The notes under the pieces were generated by a model that did no database searches, was not told where the DNA came from, and was given only the letters and a program-made list of their open reading frames with translations. A stretch of DNA of 64,000 bases, taken from the NCBI GenBank assembly GCA_973895155.1, contig OZ316893.1, positions 2,996,430 to 3,060,429 of the forward strand, given 5' to 3'. Of the stretch, positions 28,606 through 40,001 are shown piece by piece. The position numbers and the translations under genes are program-made. Numbering within the stretch: position 1 is the first letter of the stretch; every line of letters starts with the position of its first letter. Origin of the DNA: Marsupella aquatica (taxonomy: Eukaryota > Plantae > Marchantiophyta).

Positions 28606-29016
28606 GCTTTTAGGTCTCGAGGTTCCTATAAGTCAAGGGCATGCCCCTTTTTTCCCCAGGAAGGCCATGCCCCTTTTAAACACGGGGAGGCTGGACTATC
28701 GTTATAGATGGACCGTGTTCCATTAGAGATTGACCTCATGTCCGTGCCCAGTATTTTTGTGGGCACCATCATGGAAGTTGTTCAAAGGACAGGTTCCTTT
28801 ATGTATTTACCATTTATCCGAGATCCATCTCAATTTTTCTTTTGAGAAAGCCTCAGACAGGACTGAAAAGTGGAGGCAAGAGCATGTAGTGAGAGTTTGA
28901 CGAAAAACTGAGCAGATTTTCTAGAGGTATTTGTTTGATAACCCCCAAAATGAAAGTTGCTACTTGATTGACCCCCTGAAGTCTATCAAGGATCCAGATC
29001 TGAGATCGAAATGTCC

Positions 29017-29190
29017 ATCAACTGTCCAGATTGGAGAAACATCAACTGTCCAGATTGGAGAAAAATATCGAGGGGGTTGGGTTGATTAAGCAAACTTTTT
29101 CCAGAAGGGGGTCTACTAAGAAAGCAAACTTTTTCCAGAAGGGGGTCTACTAAGAAAGCAAACTTTTTCCAGAAAGGGGTATACTAAGCA
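29017..29190. repeat. Short perfect tandem duplications (23 bp x2; ~34 bp x3)
   Basis: catcaactgtccagattggagaaa x2; aagcaaactttttccagaagggggtctactaag x3. Confidence 0.85.
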
Positions 29191-29726
29191 TATCTATTAG
29201 ACTTTCTAAGAGTGTGAAGTAGTCTAGTGAGAGTATTTCCGTGCAAAGTAGTGACAAAGAAGTTTGCCATCGGTAGGCAATCTGGGCCGGCTTGTGCTAC
29301 CATAGAGAGATTTGATTCCCATTGCATTTTTAGCACGAACACTGCAAGGTTTGACTGGAGATGGTCGAAGATTACATATACAGGGTCGCCATGGACGAGG
29401 ACTTTATTTTGTCTTGGACTAATAATGTCCACCTTAAAATAGAGAGGTGTGTTTGGAACGAACTGATACTGGCCTGGTATTTTATTTGTTATCAACATAT
29501 CCTTTCGAGACTTCAAGCCCTCCCCTCAGCACTATTTTGGAGAGCATTGATGCACGACAATGGGAGTGCAGGTCCTCAGGCTATTCAAGGCATTTACAAA
29601 TCTTAGAATGCACGTTGCATTATTTTCCACAACAATCAGAAAAAACAAGGTGAGGAACAAAACAGGGGTCAGACACGAAAAAGCCACAAGGTGGAGACAA
29701 AACATACTTATCGTGTAGGACAACCC

Positions 29727-30160
29727 AGAGCTCTCTTGGTTTCCTGGGTTTTCCAGTTGTTTTTCTCCTTTTATTGGGTTTTTGGCCTGGGTTCATGTCT
29801 TCCCCAATACCTTGGTTTCGTGGGTTTTGTTTTTTTCTCCTTTGATTGGGTTTTCTGCCTTGGGGATCATGTCTTCCCCAATACCTTGGTTTCCTGGGTT
29901 TTTCCAGTTTTTTTTTTTTTTTTTCCTTTTATTGGGTTTTTGGCCTTGGGGATCATGTCTTCCCCCCATGATTGGGTTATTGGCCTTTCCAGGATGTTTT
30001 TCTCCTTTTATTGGGTTTTTCGCCTTGGAGATCATGTCTTCCCCCCATGATTGGGTTATTGGCCTTTTCAGGTTGTTTTTCTCCTTTTATTGGGTTTTTC
30101 GCCTGGAGATCATGTCTTCCCCCCTTTAATAGGTTTTTGGCCTTTGGGGTCATGTCTTCT
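29727..30160 (+). repeat. Tandem array (~6 units of 45-90 bp) of a non-LTR retroelement 3'-UTR-like motif
   Basis: ttttctccttttattgggtttttggccttggggatcatgtcttcccc repeated; the same motif occurs at 3296-3565 and on the minus strand at ~59505-59545. Confidence 0.75.
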
Positions 30161-30859
30161 AGTAAGGGGTGTCCGGTAGGCAACAGCGCCATCTTTGCAA
30201 GAAATCAAGTAAATTAATGTTGAAGGCGGTAAGGCCTTTTGGGTAGGTAACAGTGCCATCTTTGCAAGACATCAAGTAAATTAATGTTGAAGGCGGCCAA
30301 ATCGTATCAGATGGCTAGGCAGCAAGCTGCAATTACGGATGGTGCAGATGAAAGTGCAACAAAATCAGGTTTGGCTGCAACATTGTATGGCCAGGACATA
30401 AGGGTGCCAATATTCATGGGTCCGTTCAATAAATCAACCATTTAGGCCGTATAAGATACAAATATAAATGACCATACTATGTTACCATTGCTTGGCCGAA
30501 CAAATTTCATTGAAGAGATGGGGGCCCAGAATTGGCTCTAGTAGATTGTATTGTCAATGTTGTAGAAAATGGCCAAAAGCACATTTGGAACCCTTTTGTA
30601 CACCTTATTGTTCAGCCTATTGTGCCCACTTAGGTTTGGTCCCGGCCTAGTGATGACTACAAAGGTGCTTTCTTCATCCTTCACTTTTAATTATGGACTG
30701 AAATTAAATTGCATTGATTTTGATTTCTTTCTTCATTCCTTGTTTTTAAAATTGGGATGAAGAAAACTTGCAGTGATAACCAAGGAAAATAAACTTGCAT
30801 TGATATGCCCAAGATGCTTAATTCTCCATTCATTGGGTCTCTACAGTCTTCACTTTCAC

Positions 30860-31316
30860 TGTTGGGTATTTACTCTTACGTCTAGGTTAGGTATGACGTG
30901 GTTGGTACAACAACGTGGGTTGGTACAACTACGTGGTTAGGTACAACTACGTGATTAGGTACAACTATGTGGTTAGGTACAACTACGTGATTAGGTACAA
31001 CTACGTGATTAGGTACAACTATGTGGTTAGGTACAACTATGTGGTTAGGTACAACTAAGTTGCACACTATATCATAAGAGGCATGTGTGCTTGGAGAGGT
31101 AGAACCAAGGCTCATTGTTATGGAGCCACTTGAGAGATAGGGAGAGCTTACACTGTGGAGACTCGGTATAGCCGACGGGCTTAGAGTTCAGTAAAGCTCT
31201 CTTGTGTGTTCCCGTGGACGTAGCCTCAAGGAGGTGAACCACGTATCTCTTGTGTCGACTATTGTGCGTTGGATGGTTCATGGGCTTGCCGTTGCGATCG
31301 TCGTCTATGCTCAACA
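30860..31316 (+). repeat. 5' LTR with internal 18-bp tandem array
   Basis: tgttggg...ctcaaca; about 9 copies of gtgRttaggtacaactaY at ~30898-31057. Confidence 0.97.
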
Positions 31317-31318
31317 AT

Positions 31319-31330
31319 TGGTATCAGAGC
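31319..31330 (+). promoter_or_regulatory. Primer binding site complementary to initiator tRNA-Met
   Basis: TGGTATCAGAGC two bases after the 5' LTR. Confidence 0.95.
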
Positions 31331-32470
31331 ATGCTTGGGAGGTGACGTGTGTTCGTGACGGGATTTCATGACGGTTTTTCCAGCGTTGAGTGTTGGTGGA
31401 TTTTCCAGAGTTCCATCGCATGGAACTTGGAGTTTATGGGCTCAACGGATAGATCAGGGCAAGAGCTTTCTAACGGTGTGAAGAAATCGTTGAACGGAGC
31501 TCGTGGTGCAGAGAGATCTAAGTTTTCGTCGTTCTGGATTTTGTGAAGAAAGTTGGCAATCGACTCGGAGGGAGAAGCGTCAAGTGTTTTGACTCAACGG
31601 AGAGATTGAGGCAAGACGATTGTTTTTGAGTCCGGGATTGGCTCTTTGATGCAAAGAGGAAGGCTAAGCAAAATCAATTACCTTGTTGGACTTGGTGACG
31701 GCACCAAGTGCAATTGATCAACATTCGTTGTTGACAAGGTACCATTTTTTTCTCTTTGAAAAACTGATTCGAAATTGGCTATGGCAATTGAGAGAAATCT
31801 GTCATCTTTACCAATTTTTTTCTCCCTCGTTCTTTCCTTGTTTTGGGTGCTTCTTATATCGATCTTCATCGCCTCGGAGTCTAGTTTCCAAATCTGAAAT
31901 CGGATCTTGATTTAGTCAAAACCCGAGTGAGATATCTTGCGTTTGGTGTCGAGGGGTACATTCTGCCGTGTGTATTTTCTGCGCGCGCGACCAGATTTCG
32001 ACGACGAAGGGTGGTAGGGGGTTTTGGGGGTTCGAGGACACATGTCAGCCCCTCGATTGTTCTTCCAAAATTCCCACAGGGCCTGTACAAGGGTCATAGA
32101 ATATTCCAAAAAACCAGAGAGCTATTTTTTGACCGTCCGACAAAGATTTCATCCGCCGAACGGTAACTTTTTTGGTTATTTTTCGGCGAGGTCGTAGCTA
32201 TTGAAGTTGGCAATGCAGCGCACCAATCACATCGCAATTCCGACAACGGGTTGTACTTGGTATTTCGGTTATTCCCTGAGGTGGTCAAAACGGGGGAGTT
32301 TCCCAAGGTTTTACCCACCTCGACCGAAATTTGAATAACTTTTCCGTCAAATTTTGATTTTGATTTTGGTTTTCAGTATTGGACTCCTAGCTTTGTGGGC
32401 TACGCGGCGGTGTTGAGTTTCGAGTTTTTTGAGAAGTTGTGAAAAACAACATTTTTTGTGACTTTCTCAT

Positions 32471-33505
32471 ATGAGTGATTCGGAGGAGTTTTTCGAAGAC
32501 GTGGAACTTGAAGCACGAGGGTCACCGCGGAGGTTTCAGGGGCAGAGAGAGGAGCAGGAGGAAGAGCACGTGACACCGATACCATCACCGGTGCGGCGTG
32601 TGGTGGAGGAAGCAGTACTACTACCGGAGCTCACGGTAAAGAAGAAGATGGGGACTTTCAAGCTTGGGGGACCCAAGTATGAAGTGACAAAGTATGATGG
32701 GCGCTCTGACTACTTGCTATGGGAGAAGCAGGTGAAGGGAGTGCTTTATGCGTCAGGGATGGGCCAACTGCTGAGCCCTCGTGAAGACGATGTTGATGAG
32801 AAACAATGGGACCGCATGCAGGAGCAGGGAGTGTGGTGTGTTACACTCTATCTCATGCCTCCCATCATCAAGCAGTTGGGTGCACATAAGGATTGCATGT
32901 CCTTATTTGCGGAATTGCAGAGCAAGTATCACCGCAAGGAGTTGTCAAACCGGCTCTACACTTCCTACAAACTGATGAGTTTCAGGATGAAGGAATCTGG
33001 TACGAAGTTGCAAGACCATGTGGATGCTTTCAACGACATGGTCGTTGACTTGGAAAACCTTGGGGAGACTTTGAATGATGAGACGAAGGCTCTGCAGCTT
33101 CTTAGTTCATTGCCTCCATCTTACCAGTCCCTATCACGAGTGTTGTTGCATCGTGATAGGGATACCATTTCATACAATGACGTGGTAAGTTCTCTGCTTA
33201 GTGATGATCTTCAGCAGAAGATGCACATCACGTCACAGCCTTCATCATCTGGTGCTGCCCTCAATGTTAACCGTGGGAGGAGTATGCAGCGACCAACTGG
33301 GGACCGTAGAACCCAGTTTAGATCTAAATCCAGATCTAAGTCCAAGGGTAAATCCCCTCAGAGGAGGCAGGTGACATGTTGGAAGTGCAACCAAGTTGGA
33401 CACTTCAAGCGAGACTGTAAGGGAAAGGCAGCGGAAACTTCATCGGCAAATGTGGCTAGGGCTGATGGAGAAGCTGATTTACTCAATGATGAGTATGTTT
33501 TATGA
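32471..33505 (+). CDS. gag: Copia Gag (UBN2-type capsid + CCHC zinc knuckle)
   Basis: KYDGRSDYLLWEKQVK, LLSSLPPSY, CWKCNQVGHFKRDC; ends at TGA 33503-33505. Confidence 0.93.
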   Translation: MSDSEEFFEDVELEARGSPRRFQGQREEQEEEHVTPIPSPVRRVVEEAVLLPELTVKKKMGTFKLGGPKYEVTKYDGRSDYLLWEKQVKGVLYASGMGQLLSPREDDVDEKQWDRMQEQGVWCVTLYLMPPIIKQLGAHKDCMSLFAELQSKYHRKELSNRLYTSYKLMSFRMKESGTKLQDHVDAFNDMVVDLENLGETLNDETKALQLLSSLPPSYQSLSRVLLHRDRDTISYNDVVSSLLSDDLQQKMHITSQPSSSGAALNVNRGRSMQRPTGDRRTQFRSKSRSKSKGKSPQRRQVTCWKCNQVGHFKRDCKGKAAETSSANVARADGEADLLNDEYVL

Positions 33506-36500
33506 AGCTGGGGGTATGCCCTGTGCACGTCATCTAGGAGAGCAGATGATGTGTGGATTCTTGATTGTGCTTGCTCTTTTCATATTTGTTACATTCGTGA
33601 GTTTTTCAGTTCTTACTCTGTTTCAAACGGTTCAGTTCTGATGGGAAATGATCACTCCTGTCAAATTGAGGGAATTGGGTCTGTGAAGATTCAAATGTTT
33701 GATGGCGCTGTGCGCACAGTGTCCGGAGTCAGGTATGTACCTGGCATGCGTAAGAATCTGATTTCACTCGGTGTGTTGGATTCAAATGGTCATCAATGGA
33801 GCGTTATTGATGGTGAACTTCAAGTCAGGTCGGGAGAGACAGTGATTTTGAAGGGGAGTAGACAAAAGAATTTGTATGTGTTACAGGGCAATACTGTATG
33901 TGGAGAGGCCAATGTAACCAAGTCTCACGAGGAGATGACTCAACTGTGGCATTCACGGCTAGGCCACATGAGTGAGAAGGGTTTGGCTATCTTACGGAAG
34001 AATGGACTCATTTCTGATTTGCAATCTTGTAAATTAGAGTTTTGTGAGCATTGCATTCTTGGAAAGCAGCATCGTCGTGCTTTTGGTGTTGGAACTCATC
34101 GTTCCAAAGCGGTTCTTGAGTACATACATAGTGACGTGTGGGGTCCATCCCCGACTCCCTCACACTCTGGAAAGTTGTACTATGTATCATTTATTGATGA
34201 TTACTCAAGATTTGTGTGGATTTATTTCATGACGCATAAGTCTGATATCTTGTCCATTTTTAAGAAGTGGAAGGCCCAGGTGGAGAATCAGACTGGAAAC
34301 ACGATCAAGTGTTTGGATACAAGGGTGAAGAGTCTGAGGTCAGACAACGGCGGGGAGTACACTTCAATGGAATTTGAAGAGTACTGTTCAGAACAGGGGA
34401 TAACTCGCCATCTCACCACAGTTTATACTCCGCAGCAGAATGGTGTCGCTGAGAGGCTCAATCGGACACTGTTGGAGCGGTCACGGAGTATGTTGAGCCA
34501 ATCAGGTTTACCACAAGAATTTTGGGCAGAAGCTGTCAATACCGCAGCTTATTTGGTAAATCTTTCTCCTTCTAGTGCTATCAATTTCAAAACGCCGTTT
34601 GAGATGCGCTATAAGCGGCAAGCAGACTATCATGGCTTGGTAATTTTTGGAAGTGATGCATATGCTCTCACACCAAAGCAGAATAGGACCAAGTTGGATC
34701 CTACCTCCAGGAAATGTGTTTTTCTTGGGAACCAGAGTGGTGTGAAAGCCTATAGGCTATGGGATCCTATTGCCTGTAAGCTCGTTGTCAGTAGGGATGT
34801 TTCCTTCAATGAATCCAGATTATTGAAGGAGGGGGAGAATACTCAGGTCTCCCGTACTGACAAAGGAAAATCTCCTATCCCGGATCTCGTTGAGGGGGAG
34901 ATTGGTTATGAGGTGCATGACCGGAGAGAAGGAGTTGCTCCAATTATGGAGCTGGTTCCTGTGCCAGAGGAACCAGAGGAGTTTGTTGATGCTGGTGAGC
35001 AGCAAGTGGATGCTGTTGAGCTTCAAATTGTACCAGCACACGCAGATCAACCGGAGTCATCGGCTAGAAGAACATCTGGTCGCACTGTACGCGCTCCATC
35101 AAGGTATGGACAGTGGGTTGATTCATCTCAACTGCAAGAGGATGATTTTACAGCTGATGATGAGGGTGATGCGTTAATTTTGGAAGAAGGAGAACCTTCT
35201 TCATTTCATGAGGCAAGTGCTTCAAAGGAGAAGCAGAAATGGACTGCAGCAATGCAAATGGAGATGCAGTCACTAAAGGACAACAAAACTTGGGAGCTTG
35301 TTAAGCTGCCTAAGGGTCAGCAAGTGGTGGACAGCAAGTGGATTTACAAGCTGAAGGATAATTCCATAGGAGGTGGATCGAAGGTCTACAAGGCTAGATT
35401 GGTAGCAAAGGGATTCACACAAGAGAAAGGTGTGGATTACAATGAAGTCTTCTCACCAGTTGCTAAGTACTCTACAATACGACTATTGTGTGTACTTGTT
35501 GTAATGTTTGGTCTGCTCCTAGATCAGATGGATGTTGTCACAGCTTTCCTCTATGGCACATTGGAAGAGGTGATCTTCATGAGACAACCGCTAGGTTTTG
35601 TGAAGAGAGGACAGGAGGAATTGGTTTGCAGATTGCTGAAATCCTTGTATGGGTTGAAGCAGTCACCAAGACAGTGGAACAAGCGGTTTGACGATTGGAT
35701 TCGGTCACAAGGTTTTCACAGAAGTGTATTTGACCCTTGTGTGTATTTGAAACCGGTGAAGAATGTTGTCTTTGGGTTCATTGTTTTAGTACTTTATGTG
35801 GATGACATGCTAATTGCAGCCAAGGATAGGTCTGAGATTGTTAAGCTCAAGGCACTGCTTAGTGCAGAGTTTAAGATGAAGGACTTAGGGCCAGCTAAGA
35901 GGATTTTGGGTATGGAGATCACTAGGGACTTGGAGGCTGGCAAGCTATGGTTGACGCAGAGCAGTTATGCGAGGAAGGTAATTGCAAGGTTCAACATGGA
36001 GAATAGCAAGCCAGTAAGTACCCCGTTGGCTCCACACTTCAAGTTATCATCAGCGTTCTGTCCTACGGATGACACAGAGAAGGGGTTGATGTCAAAGGTT
36101 CCATATGACAAGGCAGTGGGGAGTCTCATGTATTTGATGACTTGCACTAGACCTGATCTTGCCATGGCTATGGGCAAGGTGAGCAGGTACATGTCGAATC
36201 CAGGGAAGGTACACTGGGAAGCAGTGAAGTGGATTATCAGGTACTTGAAGGGTACCGTGGATCATGGTCTTTTATTTGATGCGAATGCAAAGAATGCTAG
36301 ATCATTGATTGGCTATGTAGATTCTGACTATGGACAAGATTTGGACCGAAGGAGATCAACAACAGGATACGTGTTCACACTTGGCGGTGGATGCATAAGT
36401 TGGAGGTCTACTTTGCAGAAGTGTATTGCTCAGTCTACTACAGAAGCGGAGTATGTTGCAGCTGCGGAAGCAGCAAAGGAAGCGATTTGGTTGGATAGAC

Positions 36501-36778
36501 TTATCACTGAAATGGGATTGCCACAGGGGAATGTGAAGCTCCATTGTGATAGTCAAAGTGCGCTCCACCTTGCTGTGAACCAGGTGATGGACAGCAGAGT
36601 GAAGCACATTGACGTCAGGTACCATTTTATCAGGCAGGCTGTGTCTGATAAATTGTTTGAGCTAGTCAAGATTGATGGTAAACTCAACCCGGCTGACGCA
36701 TTTACCAAAGTGATTCCTTTGGAGAGTTTCTCTAGACACCGTGACGTATTGCAGGTTTTGCAATTGCATCACAAGTAG
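33506..36778 (+). CDS. pol: Copia Pol (protease, GAG-pre-integrase, integrase, RT, RNase H), same frame as gag
   Basis: WILDCACSFH, LWHSRLGH, IHSDVWGP, LRSDNGGEY, PQQNGVAER, YKARLVAKG, QMDVVTAFL, LYGLKQSPR, YVDDML, STTEAEY, KHIDVRYH; open from 33506. Confidence 0.95.
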   Translation, partial: SWGYALCTSSRRADDVWILDCACSFHICYIREFFSSYSVSNGSVLMGNDHSCQIEGIGSVKIQMFDGAVRTVSGVRYVPGMRKNLISLGVLDSNGHQWSVIDGELQVRSGETVILKGSRQKNLYVLQGNTVCGEANVTKSHEEMTQLWHSRLGHMSEKGLAILRKNGLISDLQSCKLEFCEHCILGKQHRRAFGVGTHRSKAVLEYIHSDVWGPSPTPSHSGKLYYVSFIDDYSRFVWIYFMTHKSDILSIFKKWKAQVENQTGNTIKCLDTRVKSLRSDNGGEYTSMEFEEYCSEQGITRHLTTVYTPQQNGVAERLNRTLLERSRSMLSQSGLPQEFWAEAVNTAAYLVNLSPSSAINFKTPFEMRYKRQADYHGLVIFGSDAYALTPKQNRTKLDPTSRKCVFLGNQSGVKAYRLWDPIACKLVVSRDVSFNESRLLKEGENTQVSRTDKGKSPIPDLVEGEIGYEVHDRREGVAPIMELVPVPEEPEEFVDAGEQQVDAVELQIVPAHADQPESSARRTSGRTVRAPSRYGQWVDSSQLQEDDFTADDEGDALILEEGEPSSFHEASASKEKQKWTAAMQMEMQSLKDNKTWELVKLPKGQQVVDSKWIYKLKDNSIGGGSKVYKARLVAKGFTQEKGVDYNEVFSPVAKYSTIRLLCVLVVMFGLLLDQMDVVTAFLYGTLEEVIFMRQPLGFVKRGQEELVCRLLKSLYGLKQSPRQWNKRFDDWIRSQGFHRSVFDPCVYLKPVKNVVFGFIVLVLYVDDMLIAAKDRSEIVKLKALLSAEFKMKDLGPAKRILGMEITRDLEAGKLWLTQSSYARKVIARFNMENSKPVSTPLAPHFKLSSAFCPTDDTEKGLMSKVPYDKAVGSLMYLMTCTRPDLAMAMGKVSRYMSNPGKVHWEAVKWIIRYLKGTVDHGLLFDANAKNARSLIGYVDSDYGQDLDRRRSTTGYVFTLGGGCISWRSTLQKCIAQSTTEAEYVAAAEAAKEAIWLDRLITEMGLPQGNVKLHCDSQSALHLAVNQVMDSRVKHIDVRYHFIRQAVSDKLFELVKIDGKLNPADAFTKVIPLESFSRHRDVLQVLQLHHK

Positions 36779-36954
36779 AGTTTTCTTAAACATTCATTGT
36801 AATTACTGATATATGCTCTTCCTCATTCCTATGTATTAGGCTACGGCTTAGTTCTGGTTTGCTCTAGTTAGAGAGGGAAACCGGTTTGGTTTCTGTCCAG
36901 AACTTCCCGCTGAGGGATCATATACATTGGCAGTATTACTCTCCCCTAGACCAG

Positions 36955-36969
36955 AGTCAAGGGGAAGAT
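36955..36969 (+). promoter_or_regulatory. Polypurine tract
   Basis: agtcaaggggaagat directly before the 3' LTR. Confidence 0.85.
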
Positions 36970-37426
36970 TGTTGGGTATTTACTCTTACGTCTAGGTTAG
37001 GTATGACGTGGTTGGTACAACAACGTGGGTTGGTACAACTACGTGGTTAGGTACAACTACGTGATTAGGTACAACTATGTGGTTAGGTACAACTACGTGA
37101 TTAGGTACAACTACGTGATTAGGTACAACTATGTGGTTAGGTACAACTATGTGGTTAGGTACAACTAAGTTGCACACTATATCATAAGAGGCATGTGTGC
37201 TTGGAGAGGTAGAACCAAGGCTCATTGTTATGGAGCCACTTGAGAGATAGGGAGAGCTTACACTGTGGAGACTCGGTATAGCCGACGGGCTTAGAGTTCA
37301 GTAAAGCTCTCTTGTGTGTTCCCGTGGACGTAGCCTCAAGGAGGTGAACCACGTATCTCTTGTGTCGACTATTGTGCGTTGGATGGTTCATGGGCTTGCC
37401 GTTGCGATCGTCGTCTATGCTCAACA
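36970..37426 (+). repeat. 3' LTR
   Basis: Identical by eye to 30860-31316; followed by TSD ttcac. Confidence 0.97.
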
Positions 37427-39413
37427 TTCACCCCCAGATCTGGTTTTTTTGGTTTTGGTGGCCCTATCTACTTTTTGCAGTGGAACACCTACACTGCTAA
37501 ACGGAAGTAGTGTTACACTCATTCGAGAGTACTAGACATTTTTGGGCTCTACTCATACATTAGTGTTACACTAATTCTGTTATAAACGGGGTTGTAACAC
37601 TGAGTCCAAGCACATGAATTAGTGCTAAGTCTCAAGAGTGAAAATATAGTGGAGAAAAACTATTTCAAAAGTCCACAAGAATTACTATTACTTTGGATTG
37701 GAGATCAATCAATTTTTACTAGCATTTTCTAAAAAAATTGGGTAAAACCAATTTTGAAAATCTGACAATAATTAATGTCACTTTGGACTCAAGTTCACTT
37801 TCCCCAAAATTAGTGTTAGTGATTAAGGCTAATTCTTACATAACACTAGTACTGTGAGAACAGTGTATGGATGCATGGTTTTGAAAAAGAAGCAGGGATA
37901 GACCACACCGTTTTTTTATTAAACACCTTGGATGGACCATTGCAACCCAGCTGGACCATTTCCAAATGGTGGTTTGAAGTGACATATATTGGACTGTCTT
38001 TGTATAAATAAATGGTGACACTCTTGGGTCTCAAAAGGTTACTAGATTTCAATTCGAGTTGCATGGTAAAGTACACATTGTGGCCCATATAGGCATCAAT
38101 CTCCAAGGCTGTACATACTGTTTGGTTGACAATGAAACAAGCCCATCGACAAGACTGTTGGCTGACCATGCTGTGCATGTATGTTACACAGATCGAATGA
38201 TTCTTCAATTACAGAAGCAAACTGATCGACCTGAATACGTGATCAATATGGCTGGACATGGAATCATGTCTACGAGATATCGCTGTGCCGTGAATGTTGA
38301 TCCCACAACAACCCTTGATTGCGCAGACGTACTAAGTGGACTGCAGATGTGATCTTCAGAATCATTCCATGGACATCACTACTGTTCATGGAGATCCCCA
38401 GAAGAATCCATCATTTGTAATCTCATGTGTTTTCAGCAACAAAAGCGTCTCAATCGTGGGCTGCCCTCGAGTTGAATCTATGCTATTTCGCTTAAGTAAT
38501 GGAATTCATTGAGCGAAATCTGTCATGGCAAGCAAGACGCGTCTCAGTCGACCGGCCTTGTCAACGAAACATCAATACTTATTGACAAAGAAGGTGTGCC
38601 AAAAGTGCGGTAAAAATTGGTGGTTAGCATATTGATTTGGACAAAACTTTCCCATGAGTAGTTAGTAAGTTTTGATCGATTCATCGATGTGATCGATCAA
38701 GCTGTCTGGGTCTAAGCTACAGTCGCCTCTAAGCTGGCTTGCGACTTTCTGAGTCTGCTATTTAGGGTAGATTCAGATGAGGTCGGAACGCCTGTCCGAC
38801 TCATTGAAGTTTACCTTTCGGTTTCATGAACCTATCTGACTAATTACTTTCAATGATATGACACAATTTGTGACTAAATCGGTCAAATTAAGCCTTTACC
38901 TTGCTGATGCGGCTAATAGCCAGAGTAAATTGTACTCCTTCATGTAGGAAGCTGAGATCGATGGATCTTATACATATTTCAAAAAGCAATTTTGGGAGAA
39001 TGTACGAGGGCATCCAAAGCGCCTCAATCGGGATGTAAAGTCCTGGGAGCCTGGATCGACGTCTTAACTACATCCTCACCCTTGCACATAATGACCCAAC
39101 TGTTTATCACTCGTCCTCGCTTATCCTCAGGTATATAAATCACGTGGGAGTTCGCCATTCCCTGTCCGGAGCTAGCTGTACGCTGTTCTCCCCCGAGTGT
39201 TCTCCTTCCTTCACCTTTGGATCATAGATGTTATACATAAAATCTCAGGTGATTTCTTTGGCAACACAGCAAAGTGGAATTTTAAAGTCGAGATTTGAAT
39301 ATTGGCATGTTGTTTTTTTGCTTGAATATATATACAGTAGTTCCAAGGTTGGACGAGCCATTGGTTGTGAGCAAAACCTGAAGGCTGTCAGTTGAGGTGC
39401 GCGCCCGGCAATC

Positions 39414-40001
39414 ATGGCGACAAGAGCTGCCAAAGAAACAGCAACAGCAGCAGATGTGGCTGCCCCTTGCCAGCAGCAACAACAGGAGACCAGTCCTGCT
39501 AATGCTGTTCGCAAGTGGACCTCTAGTTATAAGCACGAGTCCAAGCTTACCATCGAAAAGGTGTGGGCAGTGGGAGGCGACTTTACGAGCATCAACAAGT
39601 GGAGAAAGGGAATCACCACTTGTGACATCATTGGAGATCCAACTCAGCCAGGATGCCTTCGCCGTTGCAAAGTGAATGATGTAGATCTTGGGTTTGGGGA
39701 GAATCTTTTCCTGGTGGAGAAGCTGCTGGTCCTGAACAACGAGGAGCATATGATGCAGTACTCACTTCTCGAGAATTTTCTTGGCTTCAAGGAGTACGTG
39801 GGGACCTTCAAGGTCGAGCCAGCTAATCATTCTCCTACTCCTGCAGAATCGGATGGAGTAAGTAAAGGCGGCTGTACTGTGATCTGGAGTATGGAGGTCG
39901 CTCCTGTCAATGGTAAAACCAAAGAAGAGATTATACAGTTTTCTCGGATGATGTGTAATTCTGCTCTGAACGGTCTAGAGGCTCTTGCTAGCATCCTTTA
40001 G
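39414..40001 (+). CDS. SRPBCC/START-like polyketide cyclase/dehydrase family protein (lachrymatory-factor-synthase-like)
   Basis: Intronless 195-aa ORF: EKVWAVGGDFTSINKW, GDPTQPGCLRRC, EKLLVLNNEEHMMQYSLLE, YVGTFKV, GCTVIWSMEV, C-terminal helix; TATA and CACGTG at ~39132-39146. Confidence 0.85.
   Translation: MATRAAKETATAADVAAPCQQQQQETSPANAVRKWTSSYKHESKLTIEKVWAVGGDFTSINKWRKGITTCDIIGDPTQPGCLRRCKVNDVDLGFGENLFLVEKLLVLNNEEHMMQYSLLENFLGFKEYVGTFKVEPANHSPTPAESDGVSKGGCTVIWSMEVAPVNGKTKEEIIQFSRMMCNSALNGLEALASIL

Larger units (their letters stand above)
30860..37426 (+). mobile_element. Full-length Ty1/copia LTR retrotransposon, very recent insertion
   Basis: 457-bp LTRs TG...CA at 30860-31316 and 36970-37426, identical by eye; 5-bp TSD TTCAC; PBS; PPT; domain order gag-PR-IN-RT-RH. 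Confidence 0.98.

Noticed and set aside
29691-30217. Hydrophobic membrane-protein-like ORFs
   Set aside because: Artefacts of a T-rich tandem repeat
30882-31115. ORF with repeated VVPNH peptide (also 36992-37225 and 57580-57777)
   Set aside because: Translation of the 18-bp LTR tandem array; no sign of a real gene
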